Shown one piece after another: positions 1 through 9,438 of a stretch of 58,236 nucleotides of DNA. The notes beneath the pieces are model-generated. The model was not told where the DNA came from. It ran no database searches and saw only the letters and a program-made list of their open reading frames with translations. This DNA comes from Candidatus Micrarchaeota archaeon (GTDB lineage Archaea; Micrarchaeota; Micrarchaeia; Micrarchaeales; CABMGC01), in contig JAJYVZ010000001.1 of assembly GCA_021791725.1 (NCBI GenBank), forward strand, positions 1-58,236, read 5' to 3'. The position numbers and the translations under genes were made by a program. The stretch's first letter is position 1, and every line of letters begins with the position of its first letter.

Positions 1-115
1 CCGTGCCTCATCAGTTGCGGCTCTATATGTGTGTTCGGTATCTGTGCAGCTTCAGTATTCCTAACAATCTCCATTCAAATCAATGCATTTGCCAATAAAA
101 ATGAAATGAGTTATG

Positions 116-3106
116 TCATACCCGCATGAGCTTCACTAGAACCTGTGTGTCGTATTCCTGCTCATCGTCTCTTATCCCCTCAAGGAACTGCTTCTCTTCC
201 AGGAGAAGGCGTATGTTTATATTTTCTTCCGGCAGTTGCAACTCTTTTACAAATTCCCCCGGATAACCGGCAGGTTCAGTATAAAACGCCACGTAATCTG
301 CATTCACCAACCTCGCGCCCTTTGCGAGCATGCCGGCGATCTCGCCCTCTCTCTTCCGAGCAACATGTTTGAAATCCGTCCCTCCTTCCATGCTGTCCAC
401 ATAAAGAATTCTCTCCTCTCTGCCTCTTATTGACGCCATTCCAAGAGCCGCCACTGCAACACCATGAACCTTCAATGTTTCCAATTTTGCCTTGAAAGGC
501 GTTTTGATCACAGAGAAATTAACAAGTACAATGCCATTATCTGCCGCATAATTAATCCATCCATCTTCTGACGAATATGGCATTAATGCGCAGCAACCTG
601 TCATTTCGCTGCTTATTTCCATCATGTTGCCTTTGCCTTCAACCGTGTATGCTATCATCCTGCTGCCTACCATTAGCATCTTAGTCCCTAAGGCTTCACG
701 GAAAGCCCATATTACCCCGTTTAAAGCCTCTTTTTCTATTCCGCTTTCTACTTCTTGCGAACCCTTCTCAAATATATCTATGATCTTGATTCCGGCGTTC
801 ATGTCGCCACATGTCTTGAATGCATTATAGGCGGATCGTAATTCCGCCATGTGCGCTTTCCTTACTCCTGCCCACGCTTTCAATGCCCTGCCGAATTCCT
901 TTTCCCCGAAAGCACGCGTTAACTTCTCTCTCATGCCGGCAGTATCGAGGTTTAGTGATCCTTTTATCCCTATTCCTATGACAAGCAAATCTATTGCCTC
1001 TCGTATGCTATCAAACTCAATGGTTTCGCGCAGCGGCAAGGTTGCTATTATCCCTGTATTGGGTTTTTTAAATCCCGTTTCGCGAAGTTCTTTGGTGAAA
1101 TTAACCCCATTTATTCTCGCTGCCACAAGTTTGTTGATATTGCCCGCATTATTAATTATTCTTTCTTTGTTTAATGAGGATAGGAGGAGGAATTTCTGGC
1201 CATAAGTCATGTTTTTTTGCGCGGTTATTCCCAAATTATCCAATATCGTGCCCATTACTGCCTCAGTATCGACATCCTTTAATGCATTTTCAAAATTTTT
1301 GCCTAAATACAAGTATGCTATTGCAGCAAACGCATGTTTATCCGGGTCATCCTGCCCTATTTTAAAATTCTGCTTAATCACGTTAATAAACTCCGCATCT
1401 CCTATGATCATGTTATCTCTCGCTAACGTGAAAAATGATTCTGATGCCTTGAATAGGCGCGCATAATATCTGACTGCCCAAGCGTCACCAGTTTTTCTTG
1501 CGATATCCATCAACCCAAATGAAATGTCTTCTTGCATTTCTGCATCCGCGTATGCATTTAACGCGTTGTTTATTTCCGGCCCGGATTCGGATAAAATATC
1601 CATAATCTTCTGCGGTGATTTCTGGTCCCTGTCTAACAACCTTCTGAAGACAAAATCCCTAAAAACAGGATTTGAAGCGAAGAAAGACCGCTTCTCGAAT
1701 TCGTCTTTCAAGGTAAAGACGTCATGAAGATAATCAATTATGTTTTTCCCGTTCCAACCGGAATTCCAAAAAACAAAGCCAATAATCCTATTAAATTCCT
1801 TTGCCGTCGTTTCGTCATCCAATTTTACTGCAAGAAACTGCGCTGTCTTAAAGGCGTCGTACTCATCGGAACCGCATACAAGTTCGTGAGGCGCCATAAG
1901 CCCCTCGTCACGGTGTTCTAGCAACCTGAATGTACCTAATAACATTTCTTTGAACTGGCCATTCTTAAGTATTTTCAATCTCCTGTTTAATTCATCTGTT
2001 GTCCCGCACGCGGGCTTTAACTCGTTTCCCTGGTTATCCGTATCCCCAATTTTCTGGAAGCGCATGCGTTTCGATATAAAATATGTTTCGTATACGGAAT
2101 TTATTATTATCCGCTCTGCCAGCTCCGGAATTTCTTTATACTCTTTCGCAACATCCATTATGACGTCCTTTGCGTCATTTATAACCCTTGTCGCATCTCC
2201 CGGATCCATCCGGAGCTTTCTCCTGCTGCTGATCATCGCGTCTATCAGATCTAAGACTAAGAACTCCTCGCCCCCAGCGATCTCAGTCGCCTCTTTTATG
2301 AACTCCCGAATCTCTACGATATCTGACAACACCTGTTTAATATCAACGTAGGCTTCATCAGTTCCACTTGCCATAAACAACAGTTTCCGAAATACATGAA
2401 TGCCGGCCCTCTGTGAATCTTTGAATGACGATAGCACGTCCAACGTTTCGATTACTAATTCCTTGTCGCGTACCCTTGAAATAAAACTGCTGATATATGC
2501 GAAGAGCACTTCCCTACTCCATTCATCAAATTTCAGAAACGTGGAGATGAGTGCTTCCTTTACGTCTATGGCTGTTTTGGCGCTCGTTGCCACCTCTTCC
2601 GGACCGATCCTTACCGTACTGAGAAAAAGAAGCCTTACCATATCTCCAGCAAGCGCAGGAACATCGCTGTAGACACGGAAAACCTCAAATATATCCTCCT
2701 TTACGAGTGACAAGGTTTCAGCAGACTTCCTTGCGGATTCCGAATAATTATTCTTCCTCCATAACTGCGCCTTCATTGCGTAAGCCAATTTCTCAGAAGT
2801 TGATATCACCAGCGCCCTCTCCTCCTCCCCATTAAAAGTAGTCGCAAAGTCTTTGATGAAATCGCATATAATATTCAATCCGTTTACCGTATCCCTAAAA
2901 GAATCATATTCTGTATCCCTATACCTTTTGTTTCCAACCTCCTTTAACACTGCCTCCAATATCTCAGGATGCGCTGCTAATTTTCCGGCTATGCTTCTTA
3001 TGTCTGCTGCGGTTCTGCCGTCCCCTCTTGCTTCCACATCCTCAAGTATATTATCAAGAATCCCCTTCCTCTCGAAACCCGCCGCGCTCTTTCTGACCGT
3101 CTCCAT
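116..3106 (-). CDS. Large uncharacterized protein (996 aa), mostly helical, no assignable catalytic motif
   Basis: This is by far the longest ORF here and the antisense ORFs are short. It is co-directional with and 71 nt downstream of pmbA. I recognise no family signature. Confidence 0.6.
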   Translation of the reverse strand: METVRKSAAGFERKGILDNILEDVEARGDGRTAADIRSIAGKLAAHPEILEAVLKEVGNKRYRDTEYDSFRDTVNGLNIICDFIKDFATTFNGEEERALVISTSEKLAYAMKAQLWRKNNYSESARKSAETLSLVKEDIFEVFRVYSDVPALAGDMVRLLFLSTVRIGPEEVATSAKTAIDVKEALISTFLKFDEWSREVLFAYISSFISRVRDKELVIETLDVLSSFKDSQRAGIHVFRKLLFMASGTDEAYVDIKQVLSDIVEIREFIKEATEIAGGEEFLVLDLIDAMISSRRKLRMDPGDATRVINDAKDVIMDVAKEYKEIPELAERIIINSVYETYFISKRMRFQKIGDTDNQGNELKPACGTTDELNRRLKILKNGQFKEMLLGTFRLLEHRDEGLMAPHELVCGSDEYDAFKTAQFLAVKLDDETTAKEFNRIIGFVFWNSGWNGKNIIDYLHDVFTLKDEFEKRSFFASNPVFRDFVFRRLLDRDQKSPQKIMDILSESGPEINNALNAYADAEMQEDISFGLMDIARKTGDAWAVRYYARLFKASESFFTLARDNMIIGDAEFINVIKQNFKIGQDDPDKHAFAAIAYLYLGKNFENALKDVDTEAVMGTILDNLGITAQKNMTYGQKFLLLSSLNKERIINNAGNINKLVAARINGVNFTKELRETGFKKPNTGIIATLPLRETIEFDSIREAIDLLVIGIGIKGSLNLDTAGMREKLTRAFGEKEFGRALKAWAGVRKAHMAELRSAYNAFKTCGDMNAGIKIIDIFEKGSQEVESGIEKEALNGVIWAFREALGTKMLMVGSRMIAYTVEGKGNMMEISSEMTGCCALMPYSSEDGWINYAADNGIVLVNFSVIKTPFKAKLETLKVHGVAVAALGMASIRGREERILYVDSMEGGTDFKHVARKREGEIAGMLAKGARLVNADYVAFYTEPAGYPGEFVKELQLPEENINIRLLLEEKQFLEGIRDDEQEYDTQVLVKLMRV

Positions 3107-3177
3107 ATTAATACGTTCGGTTGTCCTGTTTTTAAAAGTTCTCCTGTTTTTGTATAATTCGTCTATTGGCGAAGTCC

Positions 3178-4572
3178 CTATGCCACCGTTACATTCGCGC
3201 CTCTCACGAGCACGCTCGGGGCAACATAAGAGCCTTCCTCGTAATCCCAGGATGACGTCTGCCTTGCGTCTCTTGCCGCATAGTCCACGTTCTCCATCAT
3301 GCGTATCATGTTGTCGCTTATTCTTATGCCGACCATGTTCTCCGTCTTAGTCTGTCTTATCGAGAATTTTATCTCCCCGTTTTCTATATAATAAGCCAGA
3401 TCCCTGGGCACGGTAGAGAAGTCGCCTTTGAGATAGTTGCTGAACCTTGTATACCATGTATTTGTTACCAGTATGCCCTTATCGACCTTGCTTACAAGGC
3501 TCCGCACGTCATCCACTGTCTTCCTGCATTCCACGACTGTCGTGTTCGGCGACGGGAGCACGAGGCCCGCATTTCCCGTGCTCTTTTTCTTGTACTTCAT
3601 CGCCGTTGAATAGTTGTGAAGGTAATTCTCAAGCACGCCGTTGCGGATTATGGGGGTTTTCTGCGTTGGATATCCTTCAGCATCGAAGCGCGAGGAGCCC
3701 ACGAGCTCCGGAGACGCTCCGTCGTCATAGATATTCACGTTCCTATTCGCCACCTGCTTCCCCATCTTGCCCGCAAGATAGCTTCCGGTCTCTACGCTTG
3801 AGATGCATGCCATGCTGTTTATGTTTGACAGGAGGAGCCCAGCCGGCAATTGAAGATATATCACGTCATACGTGCCCTTCTCTATCTTGCCTTCTCTCCC
3901 ATTTCCCATCCTGAACATCTCTCCGGCCTTGGTTCCCATGCCATGCGGCATTATATCGTTCAGCCTTCTAGATACCGCAACGTCCTGGAATGCCGACCTA
4001 TCGTTGTAGATGCGAAGGTTCAGCCTCGCATAAGTAGAGGTTCCAGATGCCTCTGCGCCGTTGCTCGTGGCTAAGAATGTCTTCAGGTGACCTACCTGCA
4101 GCATGCCTGCTACCGCGTTGCCTCTTCCGGCGTCCTCTGCGCCCGATATTGCGTTGCCGGCAATGTCCTCCATTGTGCAGTTTATACATGCTAATATGTT
4201 CCTGTCTGCCAAATCCCTTCCCTTGTATTTGAATGGACCATTGGCCATTCCGTAGTAATCGTCTTTTGGCTTCTGCCTCTCCACCATGCTCCTTGCCCTG
4301 CGTATTCTTTCCTCTATGCCCTTCTTGCTCAGGTCCTCTATGTTGGTGAAGAAATTTCTCTTTCTTGACGATGCGAACATCATGGCGTATATATCCTTCT
4401 TCTCCACTATCGAATCAATCTTGGAATTGGCTATCTTGAGATAGCTCCTTCTCCTGTCGAAGAGCATGACTGCCGCCTCATCAAACCCGCCGGTTATCGC
4501 AGACCTTGCTATCTCCCTTGCCTTGCCTATGCTGTTCTCTTCCATATCATCATCCAAAACAGAGCAGCGCAT
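3178..4572 (-). CDS. pmbA: TldE/PmbA-family metallopeptidase subunit
   Basis: Length is about 450 aa with TldD/PmbA-type C-terminal region (GDFSTVPRD..., ...GSYVAPSVLVRGANVTVA). It lacks the HExxxH motif found in its TldD partner. It overlaps tldD by 23 nt, though an alternative start at Met10 (4545) is possible. Confidence 0.8.
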   Translation of the reverse strand: MRCSVLDDDMEENSIGKAREIARSAITGGFDEAAVMLFDRRRSYLKIANSKIDSIVEKKDIYAMMFASSRKRNFFTNIEDLSKKGIEERIRRARSMVERQKPKDDYYGMANGPFKYKGRDLADRNILACINCTMEDIAGNAISGAEDAGRGNAVAGMLQVGHLKTFLATSNGAEASGTSTYARLNLRIYNDRSAFQDVAVSRRLNDIMPHGMGTKAGEMFRMGNGREGKIEKGTYDVIYLQLPAGLLLSNINSMACISSVETGSYLAGKMGKQVANRNVNIYDDGASPELVGSSRFDAEGYPTQKTPIIRNGVLENYLHNYSTAMKYKKKSTGNAGLVLPSPNTTVVECRKTVDDVRSLVSKVDKGILVTNTWYTRFSNYLKGDFSTVPRDLAYYIENGEIKFSIRQTKTENMVGIRISDNMIRMMENVDYAARDARQTSSWDYEEGSYVAPSVLVRGANVTVA

Positions 4573-5947
4573 GCGGCCCTCCCATGGTCACAGGCACGCC
4601 CTGCACAGGCTCTCCCTTTCCGCACTCTCCCAGAGTCAATTCAAAATCGCTCCCCAACTCTCTGACCGCATGCCAGAAGTCAAGCGTCTTGGCCTCAAGC
4701 GCGTAGTTCTTCACCGGCGTGCTTATCCTTCCGTTCCTTATGAGGTATGCCTCGTTTCCCTGATACCTTGCGAAACTCCTTGTGTCGTCTATGTTCCATT
4801 CTGTGAAGCTCTTTATGTAAATTCCTTCCTTCGCCACTTCAACGAGCTCTTCCAGGCCAAGCTCTCCGCGCTCAAGGTACGTATTCGACATCCTGACAAG
4901 CGGCTCATTCGAGTACATGTCGCTCCTTGCAGAGCTGTTGCTTCTAATCTTGAGATCATTCGCATATTCCCTGTTCACCAGCAACGCATCCTGCTTTCCG
5001 CCCCTTACTATTACCTTCTTCCTCGCCTTTACTCCCTCATCGTCGTATAAATAGAAACCGTATGAACCTTTTATCGTGGGATCGTCGGCTATTGTAACCT
5101 TCTCGCTGCCTATCTCTATGCCAAGATCTCCAGGACCAAGATAGCTTGTGCCTGCCTGCGCCGCCTCCCTGCCGAATACCCTGTCGGCCTCGCTCGGGTG
5201 GCCTATGCTCTCGTGTACAGCAATTCCGATTATCTCAGGCGAGACTACGACATTCGTTATCCCCGCCAGCTCTGCTTTTGCCAGCGTCTTTCCGGTTTTA
5301 ATGACGTTCCTAAGCGCGCCTGCCTCACTCTCAAGCCTCTCGCATATAGCGCCAGGATCGAAGAGTTCAAGGCCTCCGGTGCCGCCGAACTGCAGCATGC
5401 GCTGCCGCGAATCCCCGCCAGCGCTTACGGTCATTGCCGCGAACGCGCTCACGTAAGGCAGCTCGGCGCCTATGCGCGTACCATCAGAATTAACGAAATA
5501 CGAAGTTGCCTTTCCGGCATCTGCGTACACGCTCCTGTACTTGACGTATCCTATTCCCTTTACCCTCTTGTCTATCTCGAGCAGCGATGACAGTAGCGCC
5601 TCGTCTTCTATGATCTCTTTCTCCCGCACAACATAATCGTCCTGCTCTACCCGTTCCTCCGACATCTCAACTTCCTTGCCGTTGAACTTTATTAATTTAT
5701 CCAGCAATGCGCGTATTTCTGATTCTTCTATCTTATTTGTTGAGAGCGTGTATAGCTTTTTTTCGCTTATTATCCTTATCCTCAAGCCTGTGCTGTCGTT
5801 GAACGCGCCTCCTGTAAGCTCTCCCTGTTCCATGCTGTAAGCGGTAGAATAGCTTCTCTCGAGGTAAGCCTCGGCATACTCGCCCATCCTAGAAGCTAGC
5901 ATAAGCGCGTATTCCGCTATATTCTCGTCGAACTTTGATATCCACAT
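4550..5947 (-). CDS. tldD: TldD-family zinc metallopeptidase
   Basis: Contains VHESIGHPSEADR (TldD HExxxH motif) and a C-terminal GECGKGEPVQGVPVTMGGPHALL. It starts 8 nt after the P1 stalk gene stop. Confidence 0.85.
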   Translation of the reverse strand: MWISKFDENIAEYALMLASRMGEYAEAYLERSYSTAYSMEQGELTGGAFNDSTGLRIRIISEKKLYTLSTNKIEESEIRALLDKLIKFNGKEVEMSEERVEQDDYVVREKEIIEDEALLSSLLEIDKRVKGIGYVKYRSVYADAGKATSYFVNSDGTRIGAELPYVSAFAAMTVSAGGDSRQRMLQFGGTGGLELFDPGAICERLESEAGALRNVIKTGKTLAKAELAGITNVVVSPEIIGIAVHESIGHPSEADRVFGREAAQAGTSYLGPGDLGIEIGSEKVTIADDPTIKGSYGFYLYDDEGVKARKKVIVRGGKQDALLVNREYANDLKIRSNSSARSDMYSNEPLVRMSNTYLERGELGLEELVEVAKEGIYIKSFTEWNIDDTRSFARYQGNEAYLIRNGRISTPVKNYALEAKTLDFWHAVRELGSDFELTLGECGKGEPVQGVPVTMGGPHALLCFG

Positions 5948-5954
5948 GGGCAGT

Positions 5955-6257
5955 TCAGCCGAACAGGCTTGCCAGTCCTCCGGCCGCTTCTTCCTCGCTC
6001 TTCTTCGCTTCCTCCTTCTTCTCGGCTTTCGTCTCGCCTCCGCCTGACGGCGCTGCCGCAGCCGGAGCTGCTGCCTGCACGGCCTGAGCGTTCTTTATCA
6101 CTTCCTTTATGTCCACTCCCTTTAGGGATGAGACTATTGCCTTTGCCCTTGCCTGGTCAGGCTGCATTCCTGCAGCTTTCACGACACCTTCGAGGTTTTC
6201 CTCTGTCACTTCCTTGCCCGCCGCGTTTAGCAGAAGAGCAGCGTATATGTATTCCAT
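5955..6257 (-). CDS. rpl12: Ribosomal stalk protein P1 (aL12)
   Basis: MEYIYAALLLNAAGKEVTEENL... followed by an Ala/Pro hinge and an acidic tail ending in GLASLFG. The likely start is the second Met of the ORF. Confidence 0.9.
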   Translation of the reverse strand: MEYIYAALLLNAAGKEVTEENLEGVVKAAGMQPDQARAKAIVSSLKGVDIKEVIKNAQAVQAAAPAAAAPSGGGETKAEKKEEAKKSEEEAAGGLASLFG

Positions 6258-6290
6258 AGTTTTCACCTTTAAGCATATAATTTCAAGCCT

Positions 6291-7163
6291 CTACCTGACC
6301 TGCGCATCGCCCTCTTGCCTATCCTCTTCCTCCGGAACCCTGCTCTTCAGCGACACCGCCTCCAAGAATGCCTGTGCAAGCAGTCTCTCAGATATCGTGG
6401 GCTCATAGATCTTTGCTGACAGGCCAAGCGCAAGCGCGGACGTATAAGCCTTTGCAAGAAGCCTCTCGACGTTGTAATGCGTCACGTATCCAATCTGCAT
6501 TGTCATGCTGTCGGCTGCCCTGAACGCTGAGGCAATCTCGCTCGAGACTATCTCGTACGTTATTCCAAGCACATCCTCTGTATAGACAAGCCCGCCGCTC
6601 ACGGCAACGCACATCCTCGGGCTGACCTCAAACGGCATGACGTTCAGCGTCTTCAGCGCCTTTGAGACAGGCGAGGCTATCTTCGTGCCCTTTGGCACTA
6701 GCACCTTTGTCTTCGATATAACAACCTTTCCCTTGTCTATCTTTACGTCTATTCCAGCAGCCTTCAGCTCTGTCACTGCCTGTCCCGGAGGGATCGACGT
6801 CTCACCCTCCTCTATCATTATGTCGCTTGGGGCTATCTGGTTGGGCTTTGCGAAGAGCTTAAGCCTGTTTGCGCTTATCTGCCTGTAAAGCGCAAAAGGG
6901 TCTTCGTCCTTTGACATTACCAAGGCTACGTTGCCTTCCACGTACTTCATAAGGAGCGAGGCCTGCTTGTCCTTTTCTATGATCTTCCTCAGCAGGTTGT
7001 TCCTTGTAACAATGACGCGCGCGCCAGGCTTCAACTGATTCCTGACCTTCTGGAACAGCGTATCTGGCGTGGCGCTCAACGGTATTATCGCGAAGAGCTT
7101 GTAGTTTTTAATATCCTTACTTACTTCCTCGACGAACGCCATCTTGTCTTTCTTAAGCATCAT
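6291..7163 (-). CDS. rplP0: Ribosomal protein uL10 (P0)
   Basis: Lies between L1 and P1. The N-terminal uL10 domain is KNYKLFAIIPLSATPDTLFQKVRNQL, and the length of about 290 aa is typical for archaeal P0. Confidence 0.85.
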   Translation of the reverse strand: MMLKKDKMAFVEEVSKDIKNYKLFAIIPLSATPDTLFQKVRNQLKPGARVIVTRNNLLRKIIEKDKQASLLMKYVEGNVALVMSKDEDPFALYRQISANRLKLFAKPNQIAPSDIMIEEGETSIPPGQAVTELKAAGIDVKIDKGKVVISKTKVLVPKGTKIASPVSKALKTLNVMPFEVSPRMCVAVSGGLVYTEDVLGITYEIVSSEIASAFRAADSMTMQIGYVTHYNVERLLAKAYTSALALGLSAKIYEPTISERLLAQAFLEAVSLKSRVPEEEDRQEGDAQVR

Positions 7164-7170
7164 AGCATCA

Positions 7171-7803
7171 CTACATTATCCTCAAGGGCTTGCTCATCGT
7201 GAACTTCACGTAAACCGACCGTATCCTGTTGTTCCCTACTTTCTTCGATACGCTGCCCACTATTTCCTTCACGTTCTCGTATATCTTGTCCGCATCCATG
7301 TCCTCTGCGCCTATGACGCAGTGCACCGTAGGCAGGAACTTGCCCTTGTTCTTCAGCTCCACGCTCCTGCTCATCTGATTCGCTATCTCCTCCATGTTCA
7401 CATTTCCGAGCAGCGGCTTTGGCATCTTGCCCCTGGGACCAAGAAACTGGCCAAGGAACTTTGCTATGTTAGGCATCAGGCTGGGCTGTGCCAGCAGATC
7501 ATAGTTAAGAAGCGAGTTCAACCTAACCTTGTCCTTAGATATCGCGTCAAGCTCCTCGCCGTTTATCACGCTGATCTTGCTCCGCTCTGCCTTGGCTATC
7601 AAGTCCTTGTCTGTCGCGAATACGGTTAGCTTGTTTGCCTTCCCCCTGCCATGCGGCAACAGTATGCTCATGTTCAGCCTGTTGTCCTGCTTGGTGAAGT
7701 CTATGCCCCTGAAATTTATCGCAAGCTCCACCGTCTGCCTGAACTTCCTACTGCCCTTGTTCTCGGCAACGTACTTTCTGAATCCTTCCAAATCTTCTTC
7801 CAT
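7171..7803 (-). CDS. rpl1: Ribosomal protein uL1
   Basis: RKFRQTVELAINFRGIDFTKQDNRL...LGPRGKMP motifs. I start it at the internal ATG (MEEDLEG), which is preceded by GGAGGG. The track ORF extends to a TTG at 7848. Confidence 0.9.
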   Translation of the reverse strand: MEEDLEGFRKYVAENKGSRKFRQTVELAINFRGIDFTKQDNRLNMSILLPHGRGKANKLTVFATDKDLIAKAERSKISVINGEELDAISKDKVRLNSLLNYDLLAQPSLMPNIAKFLGQFLGPRGKMPKPLLGNVNMEEIANQMSRSVELKNKGKFLPTVHCVIGAEDMDADKIYENVKEIVGSVSKKVGNNRIRSVYVKFTMSKPLRIM

Positions 7804-7867
7804 CCTAATCCCTCCTGCAATGTGCAGTGCTTGCGGGAAAATAAGCAACTAACTCTCCATAAATAAG

Positions 7868-7875
7868 TATATAAA
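7868..7875. promoter_or_regulatory. Palindromic TATA-like box (TATATAAA), candidate promoter for the L1-P0-P1 operon (minus) and/or a plus-strand transcript
   Basis: TATATAAA lies about 65-72 nt upstream of the L1 ATG on the minus strand. It also lies about 25-30 nt upstream of the structured region that begins near 7900 on the plus strand. Confidence 0.4.
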
Positions 7876-7894
7876 CGTTCCTCCCATATTTCTT

Positions 7895-8100
7895 TAAGAC
7901 CGTGAGCGGGAAATCCCACACCCTCTTCAGAGAGTTCCCTTCAGGGGTGGGATGAAGTAAAGCTGTTGAAAACAATGCCAGGAAGAACTGAGAACCGATA
8001 AAACACATCCTTTGCGGGATGCAGTGATTGCATGAACGCAGAGGAAGCCCACACCGTTTACGGGTGGGAGAATGTCACGAAAAGGATAAATAACCAAGCC
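7895..8100. ncRNA. Candidate structured RNA or long structured leader with two homologous bulged hairpins; strand unresolved
   Basis: Hairpin A is 7913-7953 (AUCCCAC-A-CCC ... GGG-GUGGGAU). Hairpin B is 8048-8068 (CCCAC-A-CCG UUUA CGG-GUGGG). Both have purine-rich GGAA/GA flanks and sit in a 278-nt spacer that holds only three short overlapping minus-strand ORFs (about 67 aa each), none convincing. Confidence 0.3.
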
Positions 8101-8144
8101 GTCAACATTTAAAGCAAAACGGTGTTTTGCGTACGGAACGTGTA

Positions 8145-8660
8145 ATGATCTTCATAGATGGCAGCAATTTCTACTACGGGCTTAAGGCAGAAGCTGGCAA
8201 GACCGAACTAGACCTTGAAAAATTCGGGCGGACTTTATGCACCGACCGAAGACAGCTCACACGAATTTATTACTACAATGCCCCATTGGATCAGAACCAG
8301 AATCCAGAAAGATACAAGAGCCAGCAAAAATGGTTTGATAAAGTAAGAAACACGCCAAATACCACCCTTGTTCTGGCAAAAATGAAGAAGAGGCACAACA
8401 AAGACGGGAAGATGGAATACTACGTAAAAGGAGACGACATACACATAGCCGTTGACATGCTAAAACTTGCATATAACGATGCTTATGACACGGCGATATT
8501 GGTAAGCGGTGACGGAGATTTTTACCCTGCAATAAGGGCTGTCAAAGAAAAGGGCAAGAAAGTTGAAAACGCTTATTTTGCATCGAATAGGTCTTCGCTT
8601 CTTGGTCAGGAATGCGACAGAAGTGTGAATATAATACAATTCATAAAAGACTGTTTCTGA
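8145..8660 (+). CDS. NYN-domain (LabA/DUF88-like) predicted ribonuclease
   Basis: MIFIDGSNFYYG..., GDDIHIAVDML..., and DTAILVSGDGDFYPAIRAVKEKGKKV match the NYN/LabA acidic-residue pattern. I use the ATG start; the track ORF starts at TTG 8127. Confidence 0.8.
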   Translation: MIFIDGSNFYYGLKAEAGKTELDLEKFGRTLCTDRRQLTRIYYYNAPLDQNQNPERYKSQQKWFDKVRNTPNTTLVLAKMKKRHNKDGKMEYYVKGDDIHIAVDMLKLAYNDAYDTAILVSGDGDFYPAIRAVKEKGKKVENAYFASNRSSLLGQECDRSVNIIQFIKDCF

Positions 8661-8842
8661 CCAAATAAAAAGGCCTAACGTTGGCGAACCAACGATAGGG
8701 AACATATAATATCATTATGATATACAAGATATTTAAACCTTATCTCTCCCGGGAGATTGGGACAAACGTCTTCATTGCCTCCCTGCCAAAATTCTTGCAC
8801 AACTTATAAATATAGATACTTCCAATTTAAATTTTAGATTGA

Positions 8843-9424
8843 GTGGAATCAAGGGAATTCAAGGAACTGGCAAGGAAAAATTCGAGGCCCGCCGACTCAA
8901 ACGAGGCATCCGGCGCGCCAGAGACGATAAGCTACAACATATGCGTACTGATCGATAACGACAAACTTCTCCTAAAATTCGCGAACAGGGGCATAAGCAA
9001 GGGGAAATGGAACTTTCCAGGAGGCCACGTAGAGGAAGGGGAGACGCTTGAGGAAAGCGTGATAAGGGAGATAAGGGAAGAGACCGGGCTTGTGCTTGAA
9101 CAAGAAAGTCTTTTCTATCACGGCAAGATAGACAAGACCATCAATTCGGACAACACCCTCCACAGGATCCACGTATTCTCTTCGAGATCCTTCACCGGCA
9201 GAATAAGGGATTCAGAAGAGGGCGCGCTGATGTGGTTTGATAAGAAATCATTGCCGGAAGGCGAGATGTGGAAGGACGCGAAGCTGTGGATCGACCATAT
9301 ATACAAATCTAGAAAATTCGATGTCGATATAGCGCAGGACAATTACGATGACAGCACAGTTAAGAGTAGCCATGTCAGGGTAAACGTGCCAATTGCCGAA
9401 AAGAAGAAAAAGATCCGAAATTGA
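8843..9424 (+). CDS. NUDIX hydrolase
   Basis: Nudix box GGHVEEGETLEESVIREIREETGL. GTG start. Confidence 0.85.
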   Translation: MESREFKELARKNSRPADSNEASGAPETISYNICVLIDNDKLLLKFANRGISKGKWNFPGGHVEEGETLEESVIREIREETGLVLEQESLFYHGKIDKTINSDNTLHRIHVFSSRSFTGRIRDSEEGALMWFDKKSLPEGEMWKDAKLWIDHIYKSRKFDVDIAQDNYDDSTVKSSHVRVNVPIAEKKKKIRN

Positions 9425-9438
9425 GCCGCACACCGAAC

